Source: an uncultured Methanosarcinales archaeon
Lineage (GTDB): Archaea > Nanobdellota > Nanobdellia > Woesearchaeales > GW2011-AR4
DNA length: 60,871 nucleotides
Direction of reading: 5' to 3'
NCBI GenBank assembly: GCA_964611745.1
Contig: CAZTBE010000002.1
Location: 1 to 60,871 of the forward strand
How positions within the stretch are numbered: position 1 is the first letter of the stretch; each line of letters begins with the position of its first letter. Below the pieces are notes generated by a model, which saw only the letters and a list, made by a program, of their open reading frames with translations, ran no database searches and was not told the origin of the DNA. The translations under genes and the position numbers were made by a program. Shown piece after piece: positions 19,195 through 29,146 of this stretch.

Positions 19195-19915
19195 AAAAAT
19201 TCATCCAAAACTTTATTATGTATGGAACCATCTTAATTTCTCTTTTAAAATTCAGCGCAGACTTTTCAGCTTCCTGCCAACATACTGGAATCTCCTTTAT
19301 TCTAATTTTGTGGCATCTCGCTCGAATAAGAAGTTCCGTATCCCAGAAAACACTCCTTGTTCTTGTTTTATCTTCTCCAGATTCTTTAACCAGTTTTAGA
19401 ATTATGCCTTTTTTAAAAGCCTTAAATCCGCAGATATTATCCCTTAATCCTGTTTGGAAGAGCAAACGAATCACAGCGTTGTATATTTTACTTATTATAT
19501 AACGTTTAGGGTGTCTTTTGGTGCGTGAGTCTTTATGGTACCTATTTGCGATAACTATAGGGAAACCTTTTTCTAGCCAATAAACCATCTCTTCTAAATG
19601 TTTTAAATCCATAGAAACATCCATATCAAGAAGCAATATATAATTCCCTTTTAGTAATTTAAATGATTTTGCAAGATTTTCCCTCCTGGATGGTCCATCT
19701 TTATAAGAAACGACCTTCAAATATGGGCGCTTTTTTTCTTTAATCAGTTTTTTTATTATATCAAGAGTTGCATCTTTTGATCCATCATTCACAACTAAAA
19801 TCTCAAAAGGCTGTTTCATGGATAAAAGTTTATTTTCTATAGCCTTAAGTGATCTGTACAGCACTTTTTCTTCATTATAAGCAGGAATAATTACGCTGAT
19901 TAGATCTTTTTTCAT
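19178..19915 (-). CDS. GT2 glycosyltransferase, polyprenyl-phosphate sugar synthase-like
   Basis: SVIIPAYNEE, VNDGSKD, LLLDMD. Its 3' end overlaps the convergent oxidoreductase gene by 17 nt. Confidence 0.8.
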   Translation of the reverse strand: MKKDLISVIIPAYNEEKVLYRSLKAIENKLLSMKQPFEILVVNDGSKDATLDIIKKLIKEKKRPYLKVVSYKDGPSRRENLAKSFKLLKGNYILLLDMDVSMDLKHLEEMVYWLEKGFPIVIANRYHKDSRTKRHPKRYIISKIYNAVIRLLFQTGLRDNICGFKAFKKGIILKLVKESGEDKTRTRSVFWDTELLIRARCHKIRIKEIPVCWQEAEKSALNFKREIKMVPYIIKFWMNFSRKKH

Positions 19916-19931
19916 CTTAACTCCATATTGA

Positions 19932-21419
19932 TTATCTTACCACTTTATAAATCGTTGTTCCAGTTTTATCATAGACCATTTTTAAATTATCACTATTATC
20001 TATACTACTCAATATTTCTTGATTCATGTGGTACTCAATACGCCATTCATTGTTAACCCAAATATAATCAACTTCGTTAAAATCAATTTTTGCAGGGGGA
20101 GAAACAACAAATCTGTCAATATTGTAATGTAAACATTGTCCATTTCCATAAAACAAATCATCCTTATTGGTGTTTGCTTTTACCCAATTAAAATCTTCTT
20201 CATATAACCCCCATTCGTTAGCTGCTATAGTAAGTTTGACCCCTTCTGAAAAAATAAACCCGCAACCAATGAGGATTATTAGAGGAAGATAAAATCTCTT
20301 TATTTTTATAGATACCATGCCCTTGGCCCACAGTATAGCCATAAAAGGCAATATTGGCAATAACAAGCGGCTACCAAACCATCCAACATTTGCAAGATAT
20401 ATGAAGAGCATGAATAAATATGATCCCAACAAGATCTTTATAGACATCATAAAATAGTTATTACCTTCTTTGGATTTATTTTGAAACAAGCCTTTTATGA
20501 AAGGATAAATAAAAATCATAGTTCCAATAACCCATAAGGAAAATAGGTAATATATAAACGGGCCATTATAGAAAGAAAGCGAATTTAAACCGCCATTGGG
20601 AAGACCAAAAAATTCTAAATACGGCCCTATGTAAGCATTAAGATTAAAGATGAAGCTGAAATCTATCTTATTAAATGATGCTCCGCGTGTAATTCCATCA
20701 AAGATTCCATTCAAAAATGGCCATATTGGGTTCTTCAGCAGTATCCAGTTTCTCAAAAACCATGCAGATGATATGATTAATGGAACAACTGCCATAATAA
20801 ACAGATTTTTTAATCTTTCATTCTTATCTTTAATTAACCTGTATGTCAGGTAAAGGAGCATAGGATACATAAAAATTCCATTATATTTTGCTATTATAGC
20901 TAGGCCCAACGAAACAGCAGAAAGAAGATGCTTATTCTTTAGGATTAAATAGACAGAGAGCACTGAGAAGAAAGTTGTAGTAGAATCCGTGTAACTGAAT
21001 ATGCTGTAATCAAGAAATAAAGGCACAAAATTAATAAAAATCATAGAAAAGAAAGCTATTCTCTCATCAAATAATCTTCTTGCTATAAAAAATAAGATTA
21101 TCACGCTTAGGGTTCCAAAAATCGGGGATGCTAATTTTAAGCTTAAGTCTGCTAGATTCATGCTGATTGGAGCGGTAAGTTTGTACAAGAATGCAGATGC
21201 AAAGTGAAATAATGGTGGAGGCCAAAAAGGTTGCATCCTGCCAATATTCTCAAATACAGGTATTTTATTTTCTGTAGCCATAAATTTAGCAGCGGATAGA
21301 TGCCAGCAAGCATCACCAGAAACTGCATATGTCAATGCGAATGCAAATCTTAAAATCGTAGCTAAAACAATAAGTATTACACTAAGTTTGATATATGTTT
21401 TTTTTTCCATGGTAGCCAA
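19932..21419 (-). CDS. GT-C fold polytopic membrane glycosyltransferase (PMT_2/ArnT-like)
   Basis: 495 aa, many TM segments. VSGDACWHLSAAKF loop and WPPPLFH motif. Confidence 0.7.
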   Translation of the reverse strand: MATMEKKTYIKLSVILIVLATILRFAFALTYAVSGDACWHLSAAKFMATENKIPVFENIGRMQPFWPPPLFHFASAFLYKLTAPISMNLADLSLKLASPIFGTLSVIILFFIARRLFDERIAFFSMIFINFVPLFLDYSIFSYTDSTTTFFSVLSVYLILKNKHLLSAVSLGLAIIAKYNGIFMYPMLLYLTYRLIKDKNERLKNLFIMAVVPLIISSAWFLRNWILLKNPIWPFLNGIFDGITRGASFNKIDFSFIFNLNAYIGPYLEFFGLPNGGLNSLSFYNGPFIYYLFSLWVIGTMIFIYPFIKGLFQNKSKEGNNYFMMSIKILLGSYLFMLFIYLANVGWFGSRLLLPILPFMAILWAKGMVSIKIKRFYLPLIILIGCGFIFSEGVKLTIAANEWGLYEEDFNWVKANTNKDDLFYGNGQCLHYNIDRFVVSPPAKIDFNEVDYIWVNNEWRIEYHMNQEILSSIDNSDNLKMVYDKTGTTIYKVVR

Positions 21420-21522
21420 TATAAAATTTACGAAATAATAATTTTTCTGCTATTATCAACTGAATTTCAGATGGAATATTAAGCTTAGTATTTATGGTTT
21501 ATGGAATATATTTATTGATTTT

Positions 21523-22785
21523 TTATGCTAGGTGATATGCTATGCTTATAATAGAAATAATATTTAGTACTACAAAAGATGCGATGTAGAAGTGCAGGAA
21601 TTTTTCCCTGTAGATCTTTTTGACAAAGTTGTAGAATCCAAGCGTGAAGAATATGGATATTGCTGCTATTGCAGGATAGAATAATTTGCCGTGTGGTTGG
21701 AAGTCTTGAAATAGATTGTAAGACAAAATTGAAGAACCTATAACAAAAATTTGAAAGATGAACAGTAAGAAGGCTTTTTTCTGGAAATCGTTTAGTATGC
21801 TCCTGTTTTTTAAATATCTCTTAAAGAGTCTGTAGAGTCCGAACAGGGAAATTATTGTTATTATCGCGAAGAATATAAACGTAGCCAAAAAAACTATAAT
21901 TCCAGATATAGAAGTGAGGTTTCCTATGAAAATCTGGTTATATACTCCAAAAGCAGCCCAGAAATTAAGGAAAGACCATCCTACGAGTCTAATAAAAAAT
22001 AATAAGCTAATTTGAGCCTCATAAGGTGTGTGGGCAATCCTTAGAGCATTTACTCCTAAAAAATCTCCATAAAGTATGAAATTTCTAATTAAATACCAAC
22101 CAGATAAAACCAGGACTATCAATGCAATAATTGTCATTGGCTTTATCATCTTTTTAATATTTGAATAGTATCTAATCAGAAATGCAAGGGGTATTGTAAG
22201 TATGGTAGAAAAAGTACTTATCCTTGTTAATAAGGATGCAGCTGTAATTATACCCAGTAGCATTAGGATTTTATTATTTTCCCCTCTTGATAAGATAATT
22301 AAGAGCAAATAGATGATTATAGTTGAGAACAAATGCGCAAGTGAAGCATTAGTTACTGAAGTGTTCCAATTAATAAACGTTGGAAGGAATGAAGCAAAAG
22401 TTACGACTCCGAGGACAAATGTTTTATCCTGGAAGAGCAGTGAAGCTATCTTGTAAACAAAATATAATGTGAACATACTGACAATTACAGATAAAAGCCT
22501 TATGGAGAACACCTGAACCTCAAGATTCTGAGAGAACATTTTAACTACTCCTAAGATTAAGGCAGCAAATGTGTGAAACAAGGGCGGATGAAATGCCTCC
22601 CCCCTTTCTCCTGGCTGCACAACATGCAGCTTTTTAGTATCATAAAGCAATTCTATATACTCAAAATGCTGCTTCTCATCAGGTTTTTCAAAAATAGGAA
22701 CAACTGCCGGAATTGAATATACTATCCTGAAAAAAAGCGCCAATATCAGGATCAATATCAAAACTTTTTTATGATTCATTTTCAA
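21523..22785 (-). CDS. GT-C-like polytopic membrane protein (DE..H loop type)
   Basis: 420 aa, almost entirely hydrophobic. EKPDEKQHFEY loop and FHPPLFH motif. Confidence 0.65.
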   Translation of the reverse strand: MKMNHKKVLILILILALFFRIVYSIPAVVPIFEKPDEKQHFEYIELLYDTKKLHVVQPGERGEAFHPPLFHTFAALILGVVKMFSQNLEVQVFSIRLLSVIVSMFTLYFVYKIASLLFQDKTFVLGVVTFASFLPTFINWNTSVTNASLAHLFSTIIIYLLLIILSRGENNKILMLLGIITAASLLTRISTFSTILTIPLAFLIRYYSNIKKMIKPMTIIALIVLVLSGWYLIRNFILYGDFLGVNALRIAHTPYEAQISLLFFIRLVGWSFLNFWAAFGVYNQIFIGNLTSISGIIVFLATFIFFAIITIISLFGLYRLFKRYLKNRSILNDFQKKAFLLFIFQIFVIGSSILSYNLFQDFQPHGKLFYPAIAAISIFFTLGFYNFVKKIYREKFLHFYIASFVVLNIISIISIAYHLA

Positions 22786-22936
22786 TTATGATAGAGTTTC
22801 CGAATTGTATATTTAAAATTATCTGAATATTTGAATTCTGCCGTTAAAGTGAATCTTCCATTCATAAAAACAACGCATATATAATTTAAAATTTTCAATC
22901 AAAAACCTTATATATCTTCCTTTTATACCTCGCTAT

Positions 22937-24439
22937 ATGAAGTTCCTATTTGTAATTAAGGATACCTTTGCGATTGAAAGAATCGGCTTGATGACACTAT
23001 CTTCAATTCTAAAGAAAGCAGGGCATGAAACTGATGTTGTCATGACAGAAAAAGAAGATATCTATAAGAGGATGGATGAATATAATCCTGATTTTCTTTG
23101 CTATACTATAACTACTGGAGAGCACCAATACTTCCTTGACTTAAATAGGGAATTAAAAAAGAAATATAAATTTTTAAGTCTTTTTGGTGGCATACATGCT
23201 ACATTTGTTCCAGAGACTATTGAAGAGGAAGGTGTAGACTGTATATGCCGGGGTGAAGGTGATGACGCAATCCTAGAGTATGTTAATGCTATCAGAGACG
23301 GGAAGCCTTATGACAATATCAAAAACTTATGGGTTAAAAGGCCTGATGGGAGCATAGCTAAAAATGAGATGAGAGATTTAATTTCTGATTTGGACAGGAT
23401 ACCTTTTCCGGATAGGGAGATACTTACAAAAAGAGATCCCACATTAAGAAACATTAAGACAAGAGTATTCTTTATGGGAAGAGGTTGCCCGTATAAATGC
23501 ACTTATTGTTTCAATACCGGATACAACAAATTGAGTGAAGGCAAAGGCAATATAGTCAGGATGAGGAGTGTTGATAATGTCATAAAAGAGATTAAAGAAG
23601 TTTATGAAAAAGAAAAAATAGAATGCGCGCATTTTTATGATGATACCTTTACGCTTGCTGGCAAACCCTGGTTAAGAGAATTTGCGAAAAGAATGAAAGA
23701 AGAAATAGGGATACCATTTGTATGCAATGTAAGGCCTAACACGATTGATGAAGAGATGGTGCAAATCCTAAAGAGCGGCGGATGTTATACTGCCTGGATG
23801 GGTGTTGAAACTGCCGATGATGAAGTAAGAAATGGATTATTAAAAAGAGAATTATCAAAAGAGGATATGTTAAATGCCTGCAGATTATTCAGAAAATATA
23901 AAATAAAAACCGTGCCGCAGATTATGCTTGGGCTTCCAACTAAAGACACATTCAAAAAGGATTTAGAGACATTAAGGTTTTGCATAAAGCTAAAACCTAC
24001 TTTTGTATGTTCGTCTATCTTTTATCCTTACCCATCAACAGAGCTTTATGATTATAGCATAAAAAATGGATATTTTGATCCGAATAACTTTACGCTTGAA
24101 AGCAATAAGATATCATCTCCCCTAAATTTTGATGAGAAGACCAAAAAAAAGATAGTGAATCTGCACAAATTATTTGGAGTTACTGTTGCATTTCCATTCT
24201 TATACCCTTTAACCAAGGTTTTAATTAAATTACCTTTTTATAAATTATATTCCTTAATATTTTTTGGGTGGTATGGATTTATGTATCATATTATACTAAG
24301 GCCAAATAAAATGAGTGTTGGTCAATTTAAAGACTTATTTAAAGCGTTTTTATCTCTTTTTGGTTCTTTAAAGGACCTCAATAAAACTGATAACAGGAGT
24401 ATTAAACCAGACAAAAAATCTAAAGTAGCAAGTAACTGA
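22937..24439 (+). CDS. B12-binding-domain radical SAM enzyme
   Basis: N-terminal flavodoxin-like B12-type domain (FLFVIKD...LMTLSSILKKAGHE). CxxxCxxC GRGCPYKCTYC. Hydrophobic C-terminal region. Confidence 0.85.
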   Translation: MKFLFVIKDTFAIERIGLMTLSSILKKAGHETDVVMTEKEDIYKRMDEYNPDFLCYTITTGEHQYFLDLNRELKKKYKFLSLFGGIHATFVPETIEEEGVDCICRGEGDDAILEYVNAIRDGKPYDNIKNLWVKRPDGSIAKNEMRDLISDLDRIPFPDREILTKRDPTLRNIKTRVFFMGRGCPYKCTYCFNTGYNKLSEGKGNIVRMRSVDNVIKEIKEVYEKEKIECAHFYDDTFTLAGKPWLREFAKRMKEEIGIPFVCNVRPNTIDEEMVQILKSGGCYTAWMGVETADDEVRNGLLKRELSKEDMLNACRLFRKYKIKTVPQIMLGLPTKDTFKKDLETLRFCIKLKPTFVCSSIFYPYPSTELYDYSIKNGYFDPNNFTLESNKISSPLNFDEKTKKKIVNLHKLFGVTVAFPFLYPLTKVLIKLPFYKLYSLIFFGWYGFMYHIILRPNKMSVGQFKDLFKAFLSLFGSLKDLNKTDNRSIKPDKKSKVASN

Positions 24440-24490
24440 CATAATAAAAATATTTTTAAATTCCATATTTCTGCTTTTCCCTATATAAAA

Positions 24491-25153
24491 ATGAATAACA
24501 AAATAAACAGTATTGCAGAGAAAACCATCTCCCTTTACTCTGGTTTAGGCTGGAAGCGCTTGTTTGCACAAATTCGTTTTTGGGATGCACCTTACAAACA
24601 AGTTGAGAAAATGATAACTGAGAAAGGGATAATAATTGACCTTGGTTGCGGAGAAGGTTTGTTCTCAAACTATTTGGCTCTAGGATCAAAAAAAAGAAAA
24701 ATTTTTGGCATAGAGATTGACAAAAACAGAATTAAATATGCAGATCGTGGTCTTCCCAACACTCATTTTATTTTTGGTGATGCCAACAAAGTTAGTATTC
24801 CAATAGCTGATGTAATTGTCCTTATGCATATACTTCATCATGTTGACTCCTTTAAAAAACAAAAAGAATTAATAAATCTATGCTGGTCTAGGTTACGTAA
24901 AGGAGGCAAATTGATAATTGTCGAGGTAGAACCAAAATTTTCTTTGAAGTATCTTATAGCTTTTTTAACTGACCATTTTCTAGTGGCCTGGATTTTTGAG
25001 AGAAAGATATACTCACCAATTCATTTTAGAAAAAAGAAAGATTGGCTAAATTTGTTGAGTCAAATAGGCTTTAAAGTGAATTCCTATCCTGCGCATAAAA
25101 ATAAGCCTTTTTCTCATATAATATTTGAATGTAACAAACTAGACAAAATTTAA
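24491..25153 (+). CDS. class I SAM-dependent methyltransferase
   Basis: Motif I IIDLGCGEGLFS and post-I acidic residue FGIEID. 220 aa. Confidence 0.8.
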   Translation: MNNKINSIAEKTISLYSGLGWKRLFAQIRFWDAPYKQVEKMITEKGIIIDLGCGEGLFSNYLALGSKKRKIFGIEIDKNRIKYADRGLPNTHFIFGDANKVSIPIADVIVLMHILHHVDSFKKQKELINLCWSRLRKGGKLIIVEVEPKFSLKYLIAFLTDHFLVAWIFERKIYSPIHFRKKKDWLNLLSQIGFKVNSYPAHKNKPFSHIIFECNKLDKI

Positions 25154-25220
25154 ATAGTCCTCACTTTTCGCTTGTTTAGTGTATTTTGTTCCTTATTTAT
25201 AGGATGATATTGTCTGAAAA

Positions 25221-26177
25221 ATGAAAGTTTCCATCATTATTGTCAATTATAATGGAAAAGAGCTTCTTAAAAAAATTCTTGCCTCGCTAAAAAGCTCAAA
25301 ATTTAAGGATTATGAGATAATAGTTTTGGATAATGCCTCTACCGATGACAGTAAAGGCTTTTTGAGGAAGAATTATCCAAGAATTACTGTTGTAGCAAAT
25401 AAGTCGAACCTGGGCTATTCTGGAATTAATAATGCTATTAAACACTGCAAGGGGAAATATATACTGTTCCTTAACAATGATATGGAAATTGATAAAAACT
25501 GTATTGGTAATTTGGTCAAAACTCTCGAATCTGATGATTCTATAGGAATGACGGTACCAAAATTGGTTAATTATTACAATAAGAATCTTGTTTCTGGCGG
25601 AACCTGGCTTTCACGGGCTTTCTATAATGGGCATATCAAAGAGGAGGATAAGCCAAAAAACAGGATTGTACCTTATTTGGGTGTGGGCTTGATAAGAAAA
25701 ACAATTGTAGACACTTATGGCTGCATCTTTGATCCTGATTACTTTATTTACGGAGAAGATGTTGATCTTGGATTAAGGATAAGGCTTTTAGGCAAAAAAA
25801 TAATTTTTGTTAGTGACGCAGTAAGCTATCATATGCACGGCTTAACTGCCCTGAATGGTTTTAAATCTTCAAAAATGACGTATCTTATGGAAAGGAATTT
25901 ATTGATATCTTTTTTTAAAAATATTCCACTGTCAAGAGTTTTTCTTTACCTGCCCTACGTGTTATTATTTAGGGTTGTGGCTATGGCCAAAGATATTGTT
26001 TCTTTGAATTTTACTGGTTTTTTTTCTCGGATTAAGGCACTTTTATGGGTAATAGTTCATTTTCATAAAATTCTTTTAAAAAGAAGAGATACCCAGAAAC
26101 ATAAAAAAGCATCCACAAAGTTTATTCTTGAAATATTTAGTGAAAAGAACCTTTATAAAAAGAAATTTATTGTTTGA
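25221..26177 (+). CDS. GT2 glycosyltransferase (rhamnosyltransferase-like, C-terminal hydrophobic tail)
   Basis: VSIIIVNYNG, LDNASTD, FLNNDME, GEDVDLGLR. Confidence 0.8.
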   Translation: MKVSIIIVNYNGKELLKKILASLKSSKFKDYEIIVLDNASTDDSKGFLRKNYPRITVVANKSNLGYSGINNAIKHCKGKYILFLNNDMEIDKNCIGNLVKTLESDDSIGMTVPKLVNYYNKNLVSGGTWLSRAFYNGHIKEEDKPKNRIVPYLGVGLIRKTIVDTYGCIFDPDYFIYGEDVDLGLRIRLLGKKIIFVSDAVSYHMHGLTALNGFKSSKMTYLMERNLLISFFKNIPLSRVFLYLPYVLLFRVVAMAKDIVSLNFTGFFSRIKALLWVIVHFHKILLKRRDTQKHKKASTKFILEIFSEKNLYKKKFIV

Positions 26178-26178
26178 T

Positions 26179-27189
26179 TCAATGCTTTCCTAAAAGTTTT
26201 ATTACTGATTCTGAAAATTCCTTTACATTGCCTTTTTCAGTTAGAATTCCTTTTTTTACAATTTCCTCATGCGCTCCTATCTTAAAGGCAACTACCGGCT
26301 TTCCACATGCCTGAGCCTCTACAGCAGGCAAATTAAAACCCTCCCATAATGATGCTGTAACATAAACATCGCATGCTGCATAATAATATGGCAAATTTTC
26401 ATCAGGAACAAAACCGGTAAAGATAACGTCTTTGTTTGCTGTCTTTTTTAGTTTCTTAAAATAATTATTAAATGTTGGTTTTCCAACAATTAGCAATTTT
26501 AGATTAGGAATTTGTTTTTTTACAATATTAAAAGATTTTAATAATAAATGGATGCCTTTATGCGGAGCAATCCTCCCCACATATTGAAGAACTTTATTAT
26601 TCTTTAAATTGTATTTTTTTTTTATTTTATTTCCTTTTATTTTTTTATTAAATCTTTTTTTGTCTATTTTGTTATATACAACTTTACTGTCCAAACCTGA
26701 GACTTTTTTTAAGTCATCTTTCAAATATTTACTGACTGAATATGCTTCATCAACATTCTTTAATGTGATATTGGTAAAGAAAGAAAATAATTTCATGTAG
26801 ATTCTCTGCCAGACATTGTTCAACAGACCGGTTATATTAATGCCATGGTTAAAATAAATATATTTGATATTGTATTTTCTTCTTGCCAGATATGCAATCC
26901 AGTTCATAGGATAGAAATGGCTTATTACCATATCATAATTCTTTAATTTTTTATAATATCCTAACCTTTTATTATCAATAAAGAAGAAGAGCCGATATAA
27001 TCTTTGTACAAAAGAAGTTTTAGGCATTCCGAGTTCTACAACATCATAATTATTTGGTTTTATTTTGGCTTCCAGTGCAATAACAGTAACCTTATGCCCT
27101 TTTTTAACATAGTCCTCTGCCTGTAATTGTACAACCCTGTCTATGCCGCTATGGTAATTAAATGTTGGAGTTAATATTGCTATTCTCAT
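26179..27189 (-). CDS. GT4 (GT-B, group 1) glycosyltransferase
   Basis: C-terminal EGFNLPAVEAQACGKPVV motif. 336 aa. Confidence 0.85.
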   Translation of the reverse strand: MRIAILTPTFNYHSGIDRVVQLQAEDYVKKGHKVTVIALEAKIKPNNYDVVELGMPKTSFVQRLYRLFFFIDNKRLGYYKKLKNYDMVISHFYPMNWIAYLARRKYNIKYIYFNHGINITGLLNNVWQRIYMKLFSFFTNITLKNVDEAYSVSKYLKDDLKKVSGLDSKVVYNKIDKKRFNKKIKGNKIKKKYNLKNNKVLQYVGRIAPHKGIHLLLKSFNIVKKQIPNLKLLIVGKPTFNNYFKKLKKTANKDVIFTGFVPDENLPYYYAACDVYVTASLWEGFNLPAVEAQACGKPVVAFKIGAHEEIVKKGILTEKGNVKEFSESVIKLLGKH

Positions 27190-27905
27190 TATATTTCACC
27201 AATTAATTTCAAGAATTTTAATTTTGTAACCATGAAATAACCAGATGCAAGTTGCTTAATTCCTAGCTTGGATTTACCTTTTGTTCTGTTTTTGAATGTT
27301 ATTGGGATTTCCTTGATTTTGAATTTGTTTAAGTGTGCTTTGAACAGAACTTCTTGTACAATAGAAGGCCCCTTGGATTTTAGCTTTTCTGGTCTTATTT
27401 TTTCCAATACTTTTCTTTTGAAGCATCTATAGCCGGAATTACAGTCTCTTACCTTTATTCCTAAAATGATGGTTATGTATGAGTTTGCAGCTATGGTTAT
27501 AAATCTCCTAAACCAGCTTCTTCCAATCTCTTTGCTGCCTTTAACTCTTCTTGATCCCAGAACAAGGTCTGCATTTCTTAGTTCCTTGATTAGTGATGGA
27601 ATGTATTTTGGGTTGTGAGACATATCAGCATCCATCTCAATGATTATATCTGCATTATTTTTTAAACAATAAATAAATCCGTCTTTTCCTGCTGAACCTC
27701 TGCCTCTACTCTTTGTTCTCAGCAATAAATGTACGTTTTTCTTTTTCTTTGAAATTTGTTGAACTATTCTCCATGTTCCATCAGGACTATTGTCATCAGC
27801 AACAACTATATGCAGGTTTTTTATTTTTAATTTTAGAATTTCATCTATTAAATTAGCAATGTTTTCTTTTTCATTGTATGTTGGAATCATTACAAAAAGT
27901 TTCAT
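27189..27905 (-). CDS. GT2, dolichyl-phosphate mannose/glucose synthase-like
   Basis: VMIPTYNEKENI, DDNSPDGT, MDADMSH. 238 aa. Confidence 0.85.
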   Translation of the reverse strand: MKLFVMIPTYNEKENIANLIDEILKLKIKNLHIVVADDNSPDGTWRIVQQISKKKKNVHLLLRTKSRGRGSAGKDGFIYCLKNNADIIIEMDADMSHNPKYIPSLIKELRNADLVLGSRRVKGSKEIGRSWFRRFITIAANSYITIILGIKVRDCNSGYRCFKRKVLEKIRPEKLKSKGPSIVQEVLFKAHLNKFKIKEIPITFKNRTKGKSKLGIKQLASGYFMVTKLKFLKLIGEI

Positions 27906-27907
27906 TT

Positions 27908-28906
27908 TTAAATCAGTTTCTTAACACTATCGACTATTTCATCAATATCCCATTCTGGCGGAATGTCACATTTTGACTTATAGCAGCATACACAACCTTT
28001 TTTTGGGATTATTTTTATTCCCCTGGAATATAATTCAATCTCGTTAGGACTTGTAGGGCAGAAAAACGCAATAATTTTCTTTTTCAATACAATTCCTATG
28101 TGCATTGCAAGGCTGTCTGATGTGATTAAAATATTGCATAGATTCACTAAAGAGGCAAATTCCATTAAGGAATTATCACAGCCAGCATCTATTATCTGTG
28201 TTTTTACTGAGCTTTTTATTTTATTGTTTCTTTCTTTTTCTTCTGGGCCGCCAAAAAGCAACAATTTAACATTTTTTATATTATTGTTTAATTTGTCTAT
28301 TAGCTCTGCAGTTTCTTCTATGCTTAATTTTTTGTCTTCCCAGCGCCCTCCTGCTCCAGTATTGATGCCAATGGCTAAATTCTCATTTTTTATGTTGTTT
28401 TTTTCAGCAAAATTCTTTCCAAATTTTATCTCATCATTATTTAAGATTAATAGGGGTTCCTGCTTTTTATATTGCAAATCAAGAATTTTGTAAATTATTT
28501 CCTGATAAGTCTTTTTATTTTGGGCCTTTAATTCATCTGCTCTTTGCTTTCCAAACTTTGAAATCAAACCTATGTCAAACCATAGTGATGAATTTTCAGT
28601 GTAAATCTTTTTTCCATCTTTTAAATATGCTCCAATAATCTCTTTATGTTTAATTTCAGCAGCAAGCTCGCATGCAATATCCTCATCATCCAGATTTATT
28701 ATTAGATCATACTCTTTGTTTTTTAATTCTTCATCAATTAAATAAATCTTATCAATTAGATTGTTGTTTTTTAGAATATCAAAGGACTCCTTTTTAGTAA
28801 TCCAATCTATTGTACAATTTTCATATTTGGATTTCAATCCATGAAGTATGGAAGTGGTTCTAATGACATCTCCAATTGCTCCAAGCTTTATTATGAGTAT
28901 ATTCAT
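27908..28906 (-). CDS. GT9 family glycosyltransferase (heptosyltransferase-like)
   Basis: ILIIKLGAIGDVIRTT N-terminal motif, SDSLAMHIG, C-terminal Cys cluster CVCCYKSKC. Confidence 0.8.
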   Translation of the reverse strand: MNILIIKLGAIGDVIRTTSILHGLKSKYENCTIDWITKKESFDILKNNNLIDKIYLIDEELKNKEYDLIINLDDEDIACELAAEIKHKEIIGAYLKDGKKIYTENSSLWFDIGLISKFGKQRADELKAQNKKTYQEIIYKILDLQYKKQEPLLILNNDEIKFGKNFAEKNNIKNENLAIGINTGAGGRWEDKKLSIEETAELIDKLNNNIKNVKLLLFGGPEEKERNNKIKSSVKTQIIDAGCDNSLMEFASLVNLCNILITSDSLAMHIGIVLKKKIIAFFCPTSPNEIELYSRGIKIIPKKGCVCCYKSKCDIPPEWDIDEIVDSVKKLI

Positions 28907-28977
28907 AGTCTGGAATAATCTATAGTATATTTTAAAGGTTTCTGCTTTGATGGAGGTTGGTGCGAAAATCTAATATT

Positions 28978-29083
28978 AAGCTAAGCTATGCCAGAGCGGA
29001 CTGAAGCCAAAATACTAATTTTAAGTTCATATTTGAGGTGATCCTGCCCACCCGCCACCCCTAAATTAGGCATAGCTTGGCTT
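28978..29083. repeat. 106-nt element bounded by a 15-bp inverted repeat (element C)
   Basis: AAGCTAAGCTATGCC (28978-28992) versus GGCATAGCTTGGCTT (29069-29083). There is one mismatch, which is a T-G wobble on the + strand. The interior is GC-rich (CCTGCCCACCCGCCACCCC). Confidence 0.75.
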
Positions 29084-29117
29084 TATTTATTCGACAAATG
29101 TTCTTCAATTACAACTA

Positions 29118-29130
29118 AATATTTATAAAT
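29118..29130 (+). promoter_or_regulatory. archaeal-type TATA-like box
   Basis: AATATTTATAAAT is centred about 22 nt upstream of ATG 29147. Confidence 0.3.
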
Positions 29131-29146
29131 CCGGTAAATTAGCCTA

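Noticed and set aside
22786-22936. Imperfect inverted repeat CCGAATTGTATATTT / GAATATTTGAATTCTG in a divergent spacer
   Set aside because: Only about 11 of 15 positions are complementary, and the repeat is AT-rich. This is what chance would give in such a sequence.
24456-24689. 77-aa minus-strand ORF
   Set aside because: It is antisense to the well-supported methyltransferase 24491..25153.
6300-28906. Apparent differences in G+C between blocks (8275-11302 looks richer than 26179-28906) as evidence of separate horizontal acquisitions
   Set aside because: I cannot quantify composition reliably by eye. This needs a sliding-window GC and codon-usage calculation before any claim is made.
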